Shown: positions 1 to 12,300 of the stretch, in pieces
Layout: the number at the start of each line of letters is the position of its first letter
How positions within the stretch are numbered: the first letter of the stretch is position 1
Source of the DNA: Chiloscyllium plagiosum
Taxonomy: Eukaryota
Direction: 5' to 3'
Length of the DNA: 56,383 bases
NCBI RefSeq assembly: GCF_004010195.1
Contig: NC_057719.1
Span: forward strand, 17,118,517-17,174,899
Translations under genes and position numbers: made by a program
Notes under the pieces: generated by a model
Databases searched by the model: none
Told to the model about the DNA's origin: nothing
What the model saw: the letters and a program-made list of their open reading frames with translations, nothing else

Positions 1-131
1 ACCTTTTATCTTAGCCTGCTGGACAAACTTTCCTCATTCCTGAAGAAGGGCTTATGCCCGAAACGTCGATTCTCCTGTTCCCTGGATGCTGCCTGACCTG
101 CTGCGCTTTTCCAGCAACACATTTTCAGCTC
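1..131 (+). mobile_element. Penelope-like element 3'/pLTR end (family A), truncated by window edge
   Basis: cctgaagaagggcttatgcccgaaacgtcgattctcctg...gatgctgcctgacctgctgcgcttttccagca; same motif at 2184-2333, 13116-13274, 36465, 54922. Confidence 0.8.
37..69 (+). ncRNA. Minimal hammerhead ribozyme motif (PLE type), core intact
   Basis: CTGAAGA (40-46), A, GGGC-ttat-GCCC stem II, GAA, ACGT palindrome, C (GUC cleavage triplet), short helix I. Confidence 0.7.
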
Positions 132-482
132 TAAACAGGGTAAATGCAGAGAGGATGTTCTCGATGGTGGGTGTGTCCAGAAACAGGGGTCACAGTCTGA
201 GGACTGGGGTGAGGACAGAGATGAGGAGATATTTCTTCACCCAAAGAGTAGTGAGCCTTTGGAATTCATTACCACAAAGTGGTTGATGCCAAAACATTGA
301 ATGTATTCAAGAGGCGACTAGATACAGCACTTGGGGCGAATGGGATCAAAGGTTGTGGGGAAAAAGCAGGATTAGGCTGTTGGGTTAGGTGATCAGCCAT
401 GATCGTGATGAATGGCAGAGCAGGGTCAAAGGGCTGAATGGCCTCCTCCTGCTCCTACCTTCTATGTTTCAATGTTTCTATC
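132..482 (+). mobile_element. CR1/HER1 LINE 3' end
   Basis: Encodes RNRGHSLR...RRYFFTQRVVSLWNSLP; 3' UTR aatggcctcctcctgctcct and (tctatgtt)-type tail. Confidence 0.9.
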
Positions 483-954
483 CAAGTCACATGAATTATT
501 CATGTGGCCTTGCTCAAGTGACAACTGTCCGTGAAAACAATCACTGCACTGTCACTCCAACAGAGGGGATAACTGTCACATCTGTCAGGATTACTAAGAG
601 ACAGGGCCAGGGATAGGGATGTACAGGAGGGCCCAATATTCAGGCCCTGGACACCAAGGGGCCTGCTGTGTTCAATTTATGGACAAGCCCAGGATAGCAT
701 CAAAGTCCATGATTTCTGTTCAAAGATCTCGGTGGAAGATTTTCTGTGCTTTTGTAAAATTTGTTTTTGGACTGCGGCAACACTGAGATAGGAGTCTTTA
801 CTGCCCATCATCAGTTTTTGCTGGAAGTATTGAGCAAGTCAGATAGTGTGAGAAAGAAACAACATAGGTCAGACTGGGTAGGAATAGCAGACTGATCAAA
901 TTGGGTTTTAACAATAATGCAGGAATTGTACTGGCATATTTCTCCGTGTTTTTC

Positions 955-1040
955 TGAAGATCCCAAGAACAATCATTGGACTCGAAATGTTTTTTCTCTC
1001 TCCACAGATGCTGACAGACCCACTGAGTTCTCCAGCACTT
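955..1040 (+). mobile_element. Penelope-like end fragment (family C)
   Basis: ggactcgaaatgttt...ctctccacagatgctgacagacccactgagttctccagca. Confidence 0.65.
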
Positions 1041-1044
1041 AGTT

Positions 1045-1316
1045 GAAAGATGGAGGTTTACAGGGAATTTGAGGAAAAGATTATTTACCCAGTAAGTAAT
1101 GGGGATTGGGAACGTGCTGCTTGGGAGCATTGTTGAGTTGGGAAATCTCACAACCTTTAAAAAGTACTTGGATGAGCATGTTAAAAAGTCATACTTATAA
1201 AGACTATGAGCCAACTACTAACTAGTGAGACTAGAGCAACTTTAGAGTAGTTTTTATTGGTACAGATTAGTTGGGTCAAAGAGTTTCTTCTGTCCTAAAT
1301 AAATTTTATGATTCCT
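1045..1316 (+). mobile_element. Degenerate CR1 3' end
   Basis: gggaatttgaggaaaagattatttacccag...acctttaaaaagtacttggatgagca. Confidence 0.7.
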
Positions 1317-1382
1317 ATTTTTCTTCCAGATCTCCACCACCCACTGTACTTTGCTATAGTTAACTGCAGCTACTGAATCTAC

Positions 1383-1687
1383 TTAGAATACCTAATGTAT
1401 GGAAGCAGGCCATTCGGTCCATCGTGACCACACTGACCCTCCGAAGGGCATCCCACCCAGACCAACCCCCTACCCTATATTTCCAATGGTTCATCCAGCC
1501 AAACTACACATCCCTGAACACCATGAGCAATTTAGTATGGCCATCTTTGGGTTGTGGGAGGAAACCTGAGAACCCAGAGGAAACCCACTCAGACACAGGG
1601 AGAATGTGCAGACTCTGCACAGACAGTTCCCCAAGGGTCCCCGTTGTGAGGCAGCAGTGCTAACCACTGAGACATCCTGCTGCCCAC
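1383..1687 (-). mobile_element. HE1 SINE (tRNA-derived V-SINE)
   Basis: tgtgggaggaaacc...ggaaacccac V-domain; gcagcagtgctaaccactgag head (reverse complement). Confidence 0.88.
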
Positions 1688-2183
1688 TTCCTCAGATATG
1701 AGAACGATGAGCAGAAAACTCGATCTTCAATCGATGTGAAAATATTCGGGAAACACAGAGTGAAAACCTGAGCAGCAAACAGACTAATTGCTCACACGGT
1801 GATGCTGAACAAAGCAGATCAATTGTGCTTCAATATCCTTCATTCCCTCATCATGAAGGAAAAATATATCATTTTTTCCAAAGCAAAGTAATTGTGTAAT
1901 CTCTACTTTGGATATTGGGATTTCATGTTAATACAAAAAGGAAGCGGATAGCTCTCACCCACACCAATGAGAGACAGAAGAACTTATTTGCTTGGTTCCA
2001 TCATCAGGGCATGGTTCATGGAGGCTAATTGAGTAGCAGAGTCTCTCATCAATGACAGAGACAACTCAAATTTCAATCGATGACCTTTAAATGGATGAAG
2101 AATTGGACGCCTTCTGTTACTTTCTTACCCTTTCTCACTGATGTTTTCTATGTTTCCCACTGACAATCCAATGCATCCAAGTC

Positions 2184-2360
2184 GAGAGTGTGGTGCTGGA
2201 AAAGCACAGCAGGTCAGGCAGCATCCCAGGAGCAGGAGAATCGCGTTTTGGGCATAAGCCCTTCATCAGGACAGCCTTTTCCTGCTCCTGGGATACTGCC
2301 TGACCTGCTGCGCTTTTCCAGCACCACACTCTCCAGCATCTGCAGTCCTCACTTTCTCCC
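2184..2360. mobile_element. Palindromic PLE-derived unit (family A) with degenerate hammerhead on minus strand
   Basis: Inverted arms spanning 2184-2333; putative 11-bp TSD tgcatccaagt (2172-2182) / tgcagccaagt (2363-2373). Confidence 0.8.
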
Positions 2361-3914
2361 AGTGCAGCCAAGTGTCCAACAATGCCTTCAGCAGAAGAGT
2401 AAAGAGCTTTACTAATCATCATCTGGATTCTTATTCCATACATAGCTTGGCAGGAGGAGGAAAGTTGGAGGTATGGAGATAGAATAGATGTTTGAAGGTA
2501 TAATATGAACATGTGGAGGTGGGATGGGCAGGGAATTAAGCTGTTCTGGAACAGGACAAGAGTTTGAGAATAAAATTCCTCCAAATAGTATTACTGTGGC
2601 TACCTTTGGAAGAAATGCATGAAAATGAAAAGGTATTGAAATCTCCCAAACAGGCTGCTCTGCATAAACATTGAAAACCAGAAGAAGTGAATGGTGACAT
2701 GGAACATGCTGTGTTGGAGAGTTGGGACGTGAGCTTATGCCTATGATTCCCAACACAGTGGGTTTTTGATTGCATTGAAGCTTTCAAGAAGAGATGAGAT
2801 CCATCAGATGGAAGGACGATTGTAAGATGTAATGACCCCAGGCTATTCCTTGGAACGGCACAGATGCAACCTTTCAAGATATGCAGATATTTTCTATTTC
2901 ATAACATTTTCAAGATCTTATTTTTCTTTGCACTATAACAATAGCAAACCTTGTGAGTGAAGTTGAAAAAAACCATTTAACAAGCTGCAGCATTCTGGGA
3001 ACAAATAAAGTAGCCAGAAATACAGTATTATTCATTCTATTGATGCAATTGGTATTTTCATTGCCCACAACATCAAAAGTGATCACATACACACATGAAA
3101 TACTGTAGAATCTGTCTCAGCAAAAGTCTGCAATTATCATTAATTGTTTCCATCCACATGCTAATGTCCATCAGATGTTAATATGCCTGGAGTTTTAAAA
3201 GAAAGAAATTTTTAACCCTTTGTGCACTTGCATCTCCAGAGTAATTTATTCTCACTGGGTGGTCAATTTCACCTTACACACATCACATTCAATTTCACCG
3301 TTGTAATATCATTGAGAAACACAGTTAATATAAGACCAATAAACTATCAGAAAGTTAGTGTATTGATAGTTCAAGTGTCATATACTATGGTTTTGCACTC
3401 CAAATTCTTCCCGATTGGCCAGTTAAGACTGAAATATCAAAATCGCTTACTCTCTCAAAACCTTTCTTCCTTCTTAATTTCCATGGCATCTCTAATTTCT
3501 TATGTATTAATTTAGGTTGATATTTAATATCTAGATTTTTAGCACACTTCTTCTGACCTGCTGTCAATTACTTCCTGAAGATAATTTTTAAAAGACAGTA
3601 ATTCAACTCGTCATTTCACAAATGCATTGATGCAGTTCACTGTGGAACCTAGTATTCCATTAGACATTGATTGCCTGCTTTCTACATGCACTGGAGGCAC
3701 CAGAAGACTGCAAACATTGGAAGACCACTGGCCTTTTTGCACATGCTCTGCAGGACAGCATTATGAAGAACCATGGAAATTAAGGATGACAAGAGATTTT
3801 GAGGCAGTGAACTGAAGAGCAGCCATTATCATTTTTAGATTATCACTTGCCAACGGGGAGAGCCACGCATGCAACGACCTCAATGTACAGTTTCAGTGGA
3901 AAGAAAGCGGGGTC

Positions 3915-4045
3915 TGTTCTAAAGAAAGGTCACTGGACCTGAAACATTAACTCTGCTTTCCCTCCACCGGAGTTGCCAGACCTGCTGTGTTTTTCCAGCA
4001 ACTTCTGTTTTTGTGTCAGATGTCCAGTTCTTTTGGGTTTTATTT
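3915..4045 (+). mobile_element. Penelope-like end fragment (family C), degenerate hammerhead
   Basis: gttctaaagaaaggtcactggacctgaaacattaactctg...gccagacctgctg. Confidence 0.75.
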
Positions 4046-4731
4046 GCTCAATGTACAGTCCTTGAGCTAAGCCTTCCAATCCTCACTTTATGGAAGAGTT
4101 TGTGAATTTGAAGATTTTATTTTAACATGTTGATTATGTTGTCCATGTTGCTACAGCATTTAGAATGAGGTATGAGAGTGAAAAACATTTAAATTGGACC
4201 AACACGTCACAATTGGTGACTATCAAAAAAAACAATATATTAGGGAGGAGAGTGGAAGAGAGGCTTAGAACATTAGCCATTGAGGAAGAGATTGATGAGC
4301 TTGCTGACTTGGAGATTGAAGATAATGGCAATGATCATTTGATATACACCATAAAAGCCAGATACATTATATTGCTTTATTATTCCAATTATCAACTGTG
4401 CATAAATAGAAATATATCCAAAGAGATTGAAGTTGAAATGCCACACATAATAACATCCACCACAAATCAGCCTCTAAATACACCTCCATTCTACTGACAG
4501 GAGTTTCTGAAAGTCAGTGCTGCACCTCAGTCTGCACCTGCAACTATCATTGTATTGCTATAGCGATACAACACTTTGCACTCGAGGATACACACCCACC
4601 TGATGGAATGGAGCGGCCAGTGTCTCTGGGCTATTTGCTGGGTTTTTTGGCACTTACTCACAACATCACTACCTTGCATCACCTTTCCTTTTTGCACGTT
4701 TCCAACTGAGCCAGAGATACCAGGCTCACAG

Positions 4732-4893
4732 TACAGAACAACTTTGATTATCCGAATGAGACGGGAGGAGAGTATTTTGTTCGGATAACTCATTGTTCGG
4801 ATAACGGATAACATTTTTACGGGATCTTGAGATCTTGTTCAGATAATCCAAAATTTGGATAATTGATGTTTGGATAACTGAGGTTGTTCTGTA
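4732..4893. mobile_element. pogo/Tigger-type MITE
   Basis: TA-cagaacaactttgattatccgaa ... tttggataactgaggttgttctg-TA: terminal inverted repeats, TA TSD, internal ggataa repeats. Confidence 0.8.
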
Positions 4894-5069
4894 TTGCTGT
4901 CTGGCTGTACAATTTAGCACAGGCACAAATCCATGAAACTTATCATGCAGTCATCATCAGTGAAATCAAGGGAGATAAACTTTGCTCAGGGGCTCCTGCC
5001 ACCATAAGTCAAAGGCAGCCTTTATACCAGTCGAGGTCTTAGACATAGTCAGGCAGCCGATTAGGCAGT

Positions 5070-5600
5070 CCGAATCAAGGTCCTCTCCTCATTAAGGGTG
5101 AGGCGTTGAATGTTGGTTTTTCTCCTGAACTGAATGAGTGGTAGATGTTAAGGGAGATGAAACTGTGGTACAGTTGTTATTGATACAGGTCAGGAGGTGC
5201 CCAGAATGAATGACTTGGCAGCGTAGAGTGCTGTTGGGTGTTGGTGTGTTCCAGCGAGTGAAGGAAGGTGCTGGTGAGATTGGCAGGGTTTGAGTCTTGG
5301 TGGGAGTTGGGTACATGAGCAGTGATACAGTGAGGTGGAGCTATCAGAGAGAAGATGGTGGCACTTACACCAGCAGAGTAGAGAAGCCCGTTGATGTTGT
5401 GCCCATAGTGTTGGCCACACTGACCCATGAGGCAACCTCGGACCATGCTGGCATAGTCTGGTGTCATCCTCCATTGCCAATTCTGGGCAAAGAAGACGGC
5501 CCACGTCTGCGGACTCCACCCAGTAGACTCTCCAACACCCTGTTCGCAAAAGAGGGCACTAATTTCCCCTTGTCCAGCGTAAATGGGATGAACCTTGCAG
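5070..5600 (-). mobile_element. PIF/Harbinger Myb/SANT-like gene remnant (frameshifted, intron-containing)
   Basis: Minus strand reads KGKLVPSFANRVLESLLGGV / AVFFAQ / HQTMPAWSEVASWVS / INGLLYSA, then gtaagt; downstream NIQRLTLNEER. Confidence 0.6.
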
Positions 5601-6234
5601 GCCAGATCAGGATTGCGACATTGGCTACACAGCAGCTTATAAAGGTAGCACGGGGGGAGAAAAGGGTGCTTCGTTTTCAGTAGATATCTGGTGAGTGGTA
5701 CATTGATGTGGTGGGATGAGGCCAGAATCAGAGTGAAGAATGCCATTGGGGCCGACAGACATAGTTAATGAGACAAGTTTGGTAAAATACAGCAAGAATC
5801 TTACTGAACCTCGGGGAGACAATCCCTCCTCAAAACCCTTGATGCAACTCACACTTAGCCGAAAAAAAGAGATCTGGCCCCTGTAAAGCCCACCTCCAGT
5901 GACCCTAATTCATCCACTCTGGAGACCAAAATGGCTGGCGCATCACACATTTACCGTCATCAGCCAGATAGTGCTCTGTGTTGCCTCAGGGACGGCAGAT
6001 TAAGTTTAAATCCCAGCTCCCATACATTTATTAGGTTGCTGATACTAACTGATATGAGTGTTTTTATTCAAGGTTTATCATAATGAGGCAAAAACAGATC
6101 AAAAGAGAGCAAAAAGCAAAACCTCCAGGCCTGCAAAGTTCAAACAGCACATAAGGGATATAATTGCTAATAAGAATAAAAAAGTGATTCCTCGGACTCT
6201 ACTGTTTAATATAGAAGCTCGGATTGATAGAATA

Positions 6235-6870
6235 AAGCAGCACAAAAAGACAGTGCCTGTCAATCATGGTTGTGCCAGTATTTGAAAAAGCTCTCCAGTT
6301 CATCCCACTCCCTGACTCAGTCCCTATAGACCTGCAGTTTTCTTTTCATTCATGTATTTATCCAATTTCCTTTGGAAAGTTAGTAATAAATCCATTTCTA
6401 TCACCGTTTCAGGCAGTGTATTCCAAATCATAACAGCTTGTTCAATATAATAACCAATTCTTCATGTCGTCTCTCTTTGTTTTGCCAATTACCTTAAATC
6501 AATGTCCTCTGGGTACCAATCCTCTCCAACTGGAACCAGTTTCTCTTTATTTATTTCAACTAAACTGTTCATGACCTTGAACACCTTGATCAAGTCTCCT
6601 CTCAACATTTCTGCTCTGAAAGCAATAATCCCAGTTTCTCCTGTCAGTCCATATAACTAGTCAATGATCATGTACGTCTGTTATGTTAACCTATTCTGCA
6701 CCCTCTCTAAGATGATGGCATCTTTTCCAAAGTGTTGCATCCAGAACTGGACACAATACACCAGTTGAGATCCGACCAAAGTATTATAAAGTTTCAGCAT
6801 AACATTCTTGCTTTTATACTCTTATGCTTTTATTAATACATCCAATGGTCCCACTTATTGAACTGCTGGC
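6235..6870 (-). mobile_element. CR1 LINE 3' portion, degenerate
   Basis: ccagaactggacacaatacaccag, ttgatcaagtctcctctcaac, tttcaggcagtgtattcca: reverse complement of CR1 ORF2 C-terminus. Confidence 0.8.
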
Positions 6871-7769
6871 ACAATTTTCCTGGACTATTTTTTTATTAAT
6901 TCACAGTATGTGTGTTTCGCTGGCTAGGCCATCATTTATTGACCGTGTAAAAGTATCCAAAGGACAGTTAAGAGTCAAGCACAATGCCATGGGTCTAAAA
7001 TGACATGTAGACCAGAAAAGAAAAGGTTAGGACACATTTTAAGCCAAAGGTTATAAGGAAAATTGTTAAATCAGAGCCCATAATAAATGGACGACGGTGA
7101 ATATTTTAAAAATGAAAATGTTAAAGATTTAGAGAAAGTTCTGGAAGAATGGAGATAACTGTATCATATTTTCAGAGAGGTAACACAATTGGCATACCAT
7201 GAATGGCCTTTCTCTATCCAGTAAAATATGGCAGAGAAGATTGTAGAGTAACAGGTTAGTGCTGGAACAGCCCTGAACATAAAGGTTGGCAAAGAGTTCC
7301 AGGGCAACCTAGCAAGCTGAAAAACAGCAGTGCAAGCTGGGTGGCCCCAGCTTTCCTGTATACTCATGGAAATAATCTTCACAGCTTGTTTCTTTTAAAA
7401 GTTTGGAAGTTATGGGTGGCCATTTTGAAAACACGCAAGGAATAATGCCACAAAACTCCTCAGCTCATTGGTGTTTGCTGTTTTCCAGTACATAGTCACT
7501 CCTCAGTGGGGAGTCCTGTTAATTCATAGATATTCTCATAGGACTGTGCTGCTGCAGTGATGTGATAACATTATATATTCATTCACTCTTGCAGAACTCA
7601 TGAATTATGCTTCTTTTCAGATTTGGAGAGATTTTTCTTTTGTTCCAGAAAAATAATATCTACTGTAGAGCCTCTTTAAAATCCCTATAATAAGATCCTA
7701 CATTTTAAATTTCTTTCTACAGTCTCAACCAAGATGTTGGTATGAATGTATAAAACCAGTTGTTCATCG

Positions 7770-8425
7770 TTATATTATTCATTCCTGGAATGTGGGACCA
7801 TCATGGTTTATTCCCAGTGATCTTGAGAACCTGGGCTACCCCCTGAAGCCTTTCACTCTTTGTAATGAAAACACTCTCACAGCCCTGTTGGTTTGAGTAG
7901 AAATCCTGCAGCTGTGTCCCAATAACAATGAAGAAACACTGATCGATGTCTAAGCTCGGCCTATTTGTCAATTGTAGCAGAATGGGGAGGTTTTGGTTTT
8001 CCCATCTACCAGATGACCGTGTGCTTGGAGATGGTGGAACTTGCAGGTATGGAAGGTCCTACTATTGACATCTGGTGAGATCCTGCTTTGGGTCACAACT
8101 ACATGGGACTAATTTGTGGGACAATTCTCCAGTCTTTGTCACCTGTCCCCAGTTTATTTCATTCCTGTACAGGATGTGGACATTGCTAACCCTAACCCTA
8201 ACCCTTCACGAATTGCCCTCATAAAGCTGGTGAGCTGCTTATCTAACAACTGAGTAACTTGTTGGGCCATTGCTATAGTTTTGAAGTCACTGGGCTTTCC
8301 AAAAGAGCAATGGTGAACAAGAAGGATTTCAACACAATCTTGTGGATTCTAAGTCACCACTACTGACACCAGATTTTCATCCAGATTTATTCAATTGACT
8401 GAATTTATAGTTCACAACTTGTATG
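7770..8425 (-). mobile_element. Two fragments of a second CR1-clade family 3' UTR
   Basis: attcattcctggaatgtgggac / attcctgtacaggatgtggacattgct; related to 43660, 50395, 53515. Confidence 0.65.
8186..8205. repeat. Short interstitial telomeric repeat, about 3 x CCCTAA
   Basis: ctaaccctaaccctaaccct. Confidence 0.75.
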
Positions 8426-9029
8426 GAGAAATAGAAACCCATTGTAGGAATTTTCTCTATGTCATTCGAGGCAAACTCTCAAGTTGGAGAAATTGGGAAA
8501 AATACCCATTAGGATGGCATCTCAATGTCTTGCTGCCTTATTGCACCCTTCCCAAAGACAGTTTGGGAGTTACGTCAATAATCCCGACAGTAATGTTGGA
8601 AAGGCAAGTTAAAGAGGCATTTGAGAGAAACTTTCCTTCCGCGATATTTATTTGTCAACAGCACAATAGTCACACACAACATGTGGAACATGGCAACATT
8701 ATTTTCATCTCCTTATCTAAGGAAGGATCTAAATGCATGGGAGATGGTTCAGAAGAGATTTACTAGTTTAGTAACTGGAATGAGCAGGTTGTCTTATGAG
8801 GAAAGATTGGACAAACTGGATTAATGTCCACTAAAGTTTAGAAGAGAGAAAGGTGACTTGATTGAAGTGTGTAAAATCCTGAATGATCTCAACAAAAAGC
8901 ATGTGGAAATGATGTTTCCTCTTGTGGGTGAGTACAGAACTAGGGGTACTGTTTTAAAATTAGGGGTTACCATTTTACAATAGTGATGAGGGAAAATTTC
9001 TTCTTTCAGAGGGCTTATGACATTGGAGT

Positions 9030-10370
9030 TCTTAGATTTTTAGGTTTAGATTTAGATTTTATTGTCAAGTGTACTCAAGTACAGAAATATAGGAGTAAAG
9101 TGAAAAGTGTATGTGTTCACCATTTTAGGTACAAAGGTACAAAACATTTAGGTACAATGTTAACATAACTAAGAAACATAGTTAATATTACAATCCTTCT
9201 TTAAATAAAGTAAAAAAAGGAAGAAAGTTAAACATTCACCAGTCTTTGATGAGTTCTCTGTCCTCTTGCTGTCCGAGAGACCTCAGCTGCCTGTTCTCAG
9301 CGCTGTACAGATACTCTGGGAGACCAAACACTCCAGGCTGAGACACCAACCACGCAGGACTGAGACACTAATCACTGGGCTGAGAAATGGCCATGCAGAC
9401 TGACAGACTGCCGAGACACTAACAACACTGGGCTAAGTGCCCGCAATGTAGGCCGAGAGACCGTAATGCTGGGCCAAGGGATAACTACGCATGGCTGAGA
9501 CACTAACCACTCCGGGCCGAGAGACTGCCACGCCAGGCCAAGAGACCATAACGCTTGGCCAAAAGATGATCACGCCAGGCCAAGATACCAACCACAGTGG
9601 GCCAATATACCAACCACGCTGGGCCAATATACCAACCACGCTGGGCCAAGATACCAACCACACCGGGCTAAGACACCAACCACGCTGGGACAAGACATGA
9701 ACCACGCCAGACCAAGATCCCAGCCACACTGGGCCAAGATACCAACCACGCTGGGCCAAGATACCAACCATGCCAGGCCAAAACACTAACCACTCCAGGC
9801 TGAGACGCCAACCACTCCGGGCTGAGACACCAACCACTCAAGGCTGAGACACCAACCACTCAAGGCTGAAACACCAATCACTCTGGGCTGAGACATCAAC
9901 CATTCAAGGCTGAGACACCAATCACTCTGGGTTGAGACACCAACCATGCAGGGCTGAGACACCAACCCACACGGGCTGAGGCACCTACCACTCCTGGCTG
10001 AGACACCAACACTCCAGGCCAAGACACCAATCACGCCAGGCCGAGACTCTAACCACTCCGGGCTGAGACACCAACCGCTCCTGGCTGAGACACCAACCAC
10101 GCAGGGCCGAGACACCAACCACTCCAGGCCCAGATACTAACCACGCAGGGCCGAGACACCAACCACTCCAGGCCCAGATACTAACCACTCCGGGCTGAGA
10201 CACTAACCACTCCGGGCCCAGATACTAACTACTCCGGGCTGAGATACCAACCATGCAGGGTGAGTCACCAACCATGCCAGGCCAAGAGATCAACTACACC
10301 TGGCCGAGAAACCGTCACGCTGGGCTGAGATACAAACACAGGCTGCCGAAAGACAGGCTGAGACACCAGA
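9030..10370 (-). mobile_element. Non-autonomous composite retroposon: 22-bp VNTR, AT-rich body, Rex1-like 3' tail
   Basis: (tttaga)n tail, ttttattgtcaagtgtac...gtgaaaag end shared with 50915, 32400 and the Rex1 copies; lies wholly inside a CR1. Confidence 0.6.
9320..10370. repeat. 22-bp minisatellite, roughly 45-48 units (consensus about ccgggctgagacaccaaccact)
   Basis: Direct tandem units; exact 44-bp duplication 10097-10140 / 10141-10184. Confidence 0.95.
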
Positions 10371-10402
10371 TGTAGAATTCAGAAGGCATCCGTGACCTTA
10401 TT

Positions 10403-10731
10403 AAATTAAATTAGATTCCCTACAGTGTGGAAACGGGCCATTTAGCCCAACGAGTCCACACCAACCCTCTGAAGAGTAACCCACCCAGACCTATTCCCCT
10501 ACATTTACCTCTGACTAATGGGCCTAATACTACGGACAATTTAGCATCGCCAATTTACCTGATCTGCACATCTTTGGATTATGGGAGGAAACTGGAACAC
10601 CTGGAGGAAACCCACGCAGACAAGGGGAGACGTGCAAACTCCACATAGACAGTAGTCCAAGGCTGGAATCTAACCCAGCTCCCTGGCGCTATGAGGCTGC
10701 AGTGCTAATTACTGAGCCACTGTGCTGCCCC
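10403..10731 (-). mobile_element. HE1 SINE, full length
   Basis: ttagattccctacagtgtggaaac tail, V-domain, tRNA head. Confidence 0.92.
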
Positions 10732-12094
10732 AAAATGGCGGAGCAGACTTCATGGGCTGGTTGGAGCCAGCTGCCATGATGCAAGAAGACTGCCAACACC
10801 ATTACCTTCCCATTATTACCAGACACAGAGGGTGAAAATCAGTCACAATACATCATCGCCATATGAAAGACAGCAGAAAGCCTATTTCTCATCATTTGTA
10901 TGTTCATATGTTCATGGAGCAGTTGTTACACAGCAGGATTTAAGGCCTACAACTGAAATGCCCTCAGGATTATGAAGGCGTGATAGCTGATCATCTGCAG
11001 CTATCATGCTGTGATGCTTATGTTCATTCCAGTAATGTTAATATGAGATATGGTTCACCAAATAGTGAAAAATTCAATGAGCCTTTCTTACAGTTCTTAA
11101 CGTTTACATAAGTATGCTTCAGTCACAGGTATGTGCATGTGTGAGGTCAAGCTAAGCCAATCAGATATATTTTAGCATACCTTCCCCACTGTGTCATGTT
11201 TCAAGAGAGCAGAGCTCAGTAAGTTTGAGACTCTGAACTTTATGGATTACTTGTTAGAAGATACCTCTGAACTTCTATCCCAAAAGTCGAGACATGACCA
11301 CTACACAACCAACGACCTCACTGAGAACTTTATGCCATCAGGTCATATGCTTTGATATGGTGATTGCGTCATGAACGTGTCCCTTAAAAGAAAATCTGCT
11401 ATGAGACATAACACAACAAAGGGGAAGGTGGCAAGGCTGATGAGTAGCTAAAAGCAGAGGCTATTACAGGAGAAGGTCATTGAGGTTAATATTAATTATA
11501 GCAGTCTCTGTAAGGACATTACTGTCTGTTCCTGCAGGAATGTTTCACACTTTAATGGGGCTCCAGCCCTTCCCCATCTCCCTTTCCTTATCTTCAGAAG
11601 GTCCAGATCATCACAGCACAGGTCTTGATGCAGCCCCTGTGAAGCCTATGGATGGCCCTTTTAATTCTGTCAGCTTCATCACAATCCTGACTCATGGCTC
11701 CTGGCTGCCATTCCGAATGGGGCAGTGATCTCTGAGGTGACCTCCGAATTTAAACCCTGTTGCAAAGTTCAATGGCAAGATTCACAACTCACACCCCTCA
11801 GGATATATCAACCAGGAAATTTTCCAGCTACTGCAAACCTCCACCTCATGTCTGTAGATTATTAGCATCATCTCGAGATCATTGGGTAATTTAAACATAT
11901 GCTACTGTTCCTTAATGCTTTAGTTTTTAAAGAAGACTTTCAAGGATCAGTTGACTCCGTCTTCATCATGTCTTGAGTCCATATGGTTAGGCTAAATGGT
12001 CGATCCAACCTTATTCTCATTCTTCTTTGTAGTGGATAGATACAACTGAGCTGTCAGCTAGCCCAATTCAGAAAGAGTTAACATCAACCAGCCA

Positions 12095-12300
12095 AATAAA
12101 AGCAAAATACTGCAGATGATGGAATCTGAAAGAAGCACAAAAGTCGCTGGAGAAAATGAGCAGGTCTGGCAGAATCTGTGGAGAGAGAAACTCAGTTAAT
12201 GTTTGATATCCAGTATGATTCTTCATATCAAACTTGAAATGTTTACTATTTCTCTCTCCTTGGGTGCTGCCAGGGTTGTTGAATTTCTCCAGCATTTGTT
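12095..12300. mobile_element. Old inverted pair of PLE ends (family C)
   Basis: ctggagaaaatgagcaggtctggcag ... gctgccagggttgttgaatttctccagca. Confidence 0.7.

Larger units (their letters stand above)
8690..10760 (+). mobile_element. CR1 3' end split into 8690-9028, 10372-10402 and 10733-10760 by later insertions
   Basis: VQKRFTSLVTGMSRLSYEERLDKL; resumes with ccgtgaccttattaaa and aatggcggagcagacttcatgggc. Confidence 0.75.

Noticed and set aside
9320..10370. CRISPR array or repeat-protein CDS
   Set aside because: Units are contiguous with no unique spacers, there are no cas genes, the context is vertebrate, and a 22-bp period breaks the reading frame.
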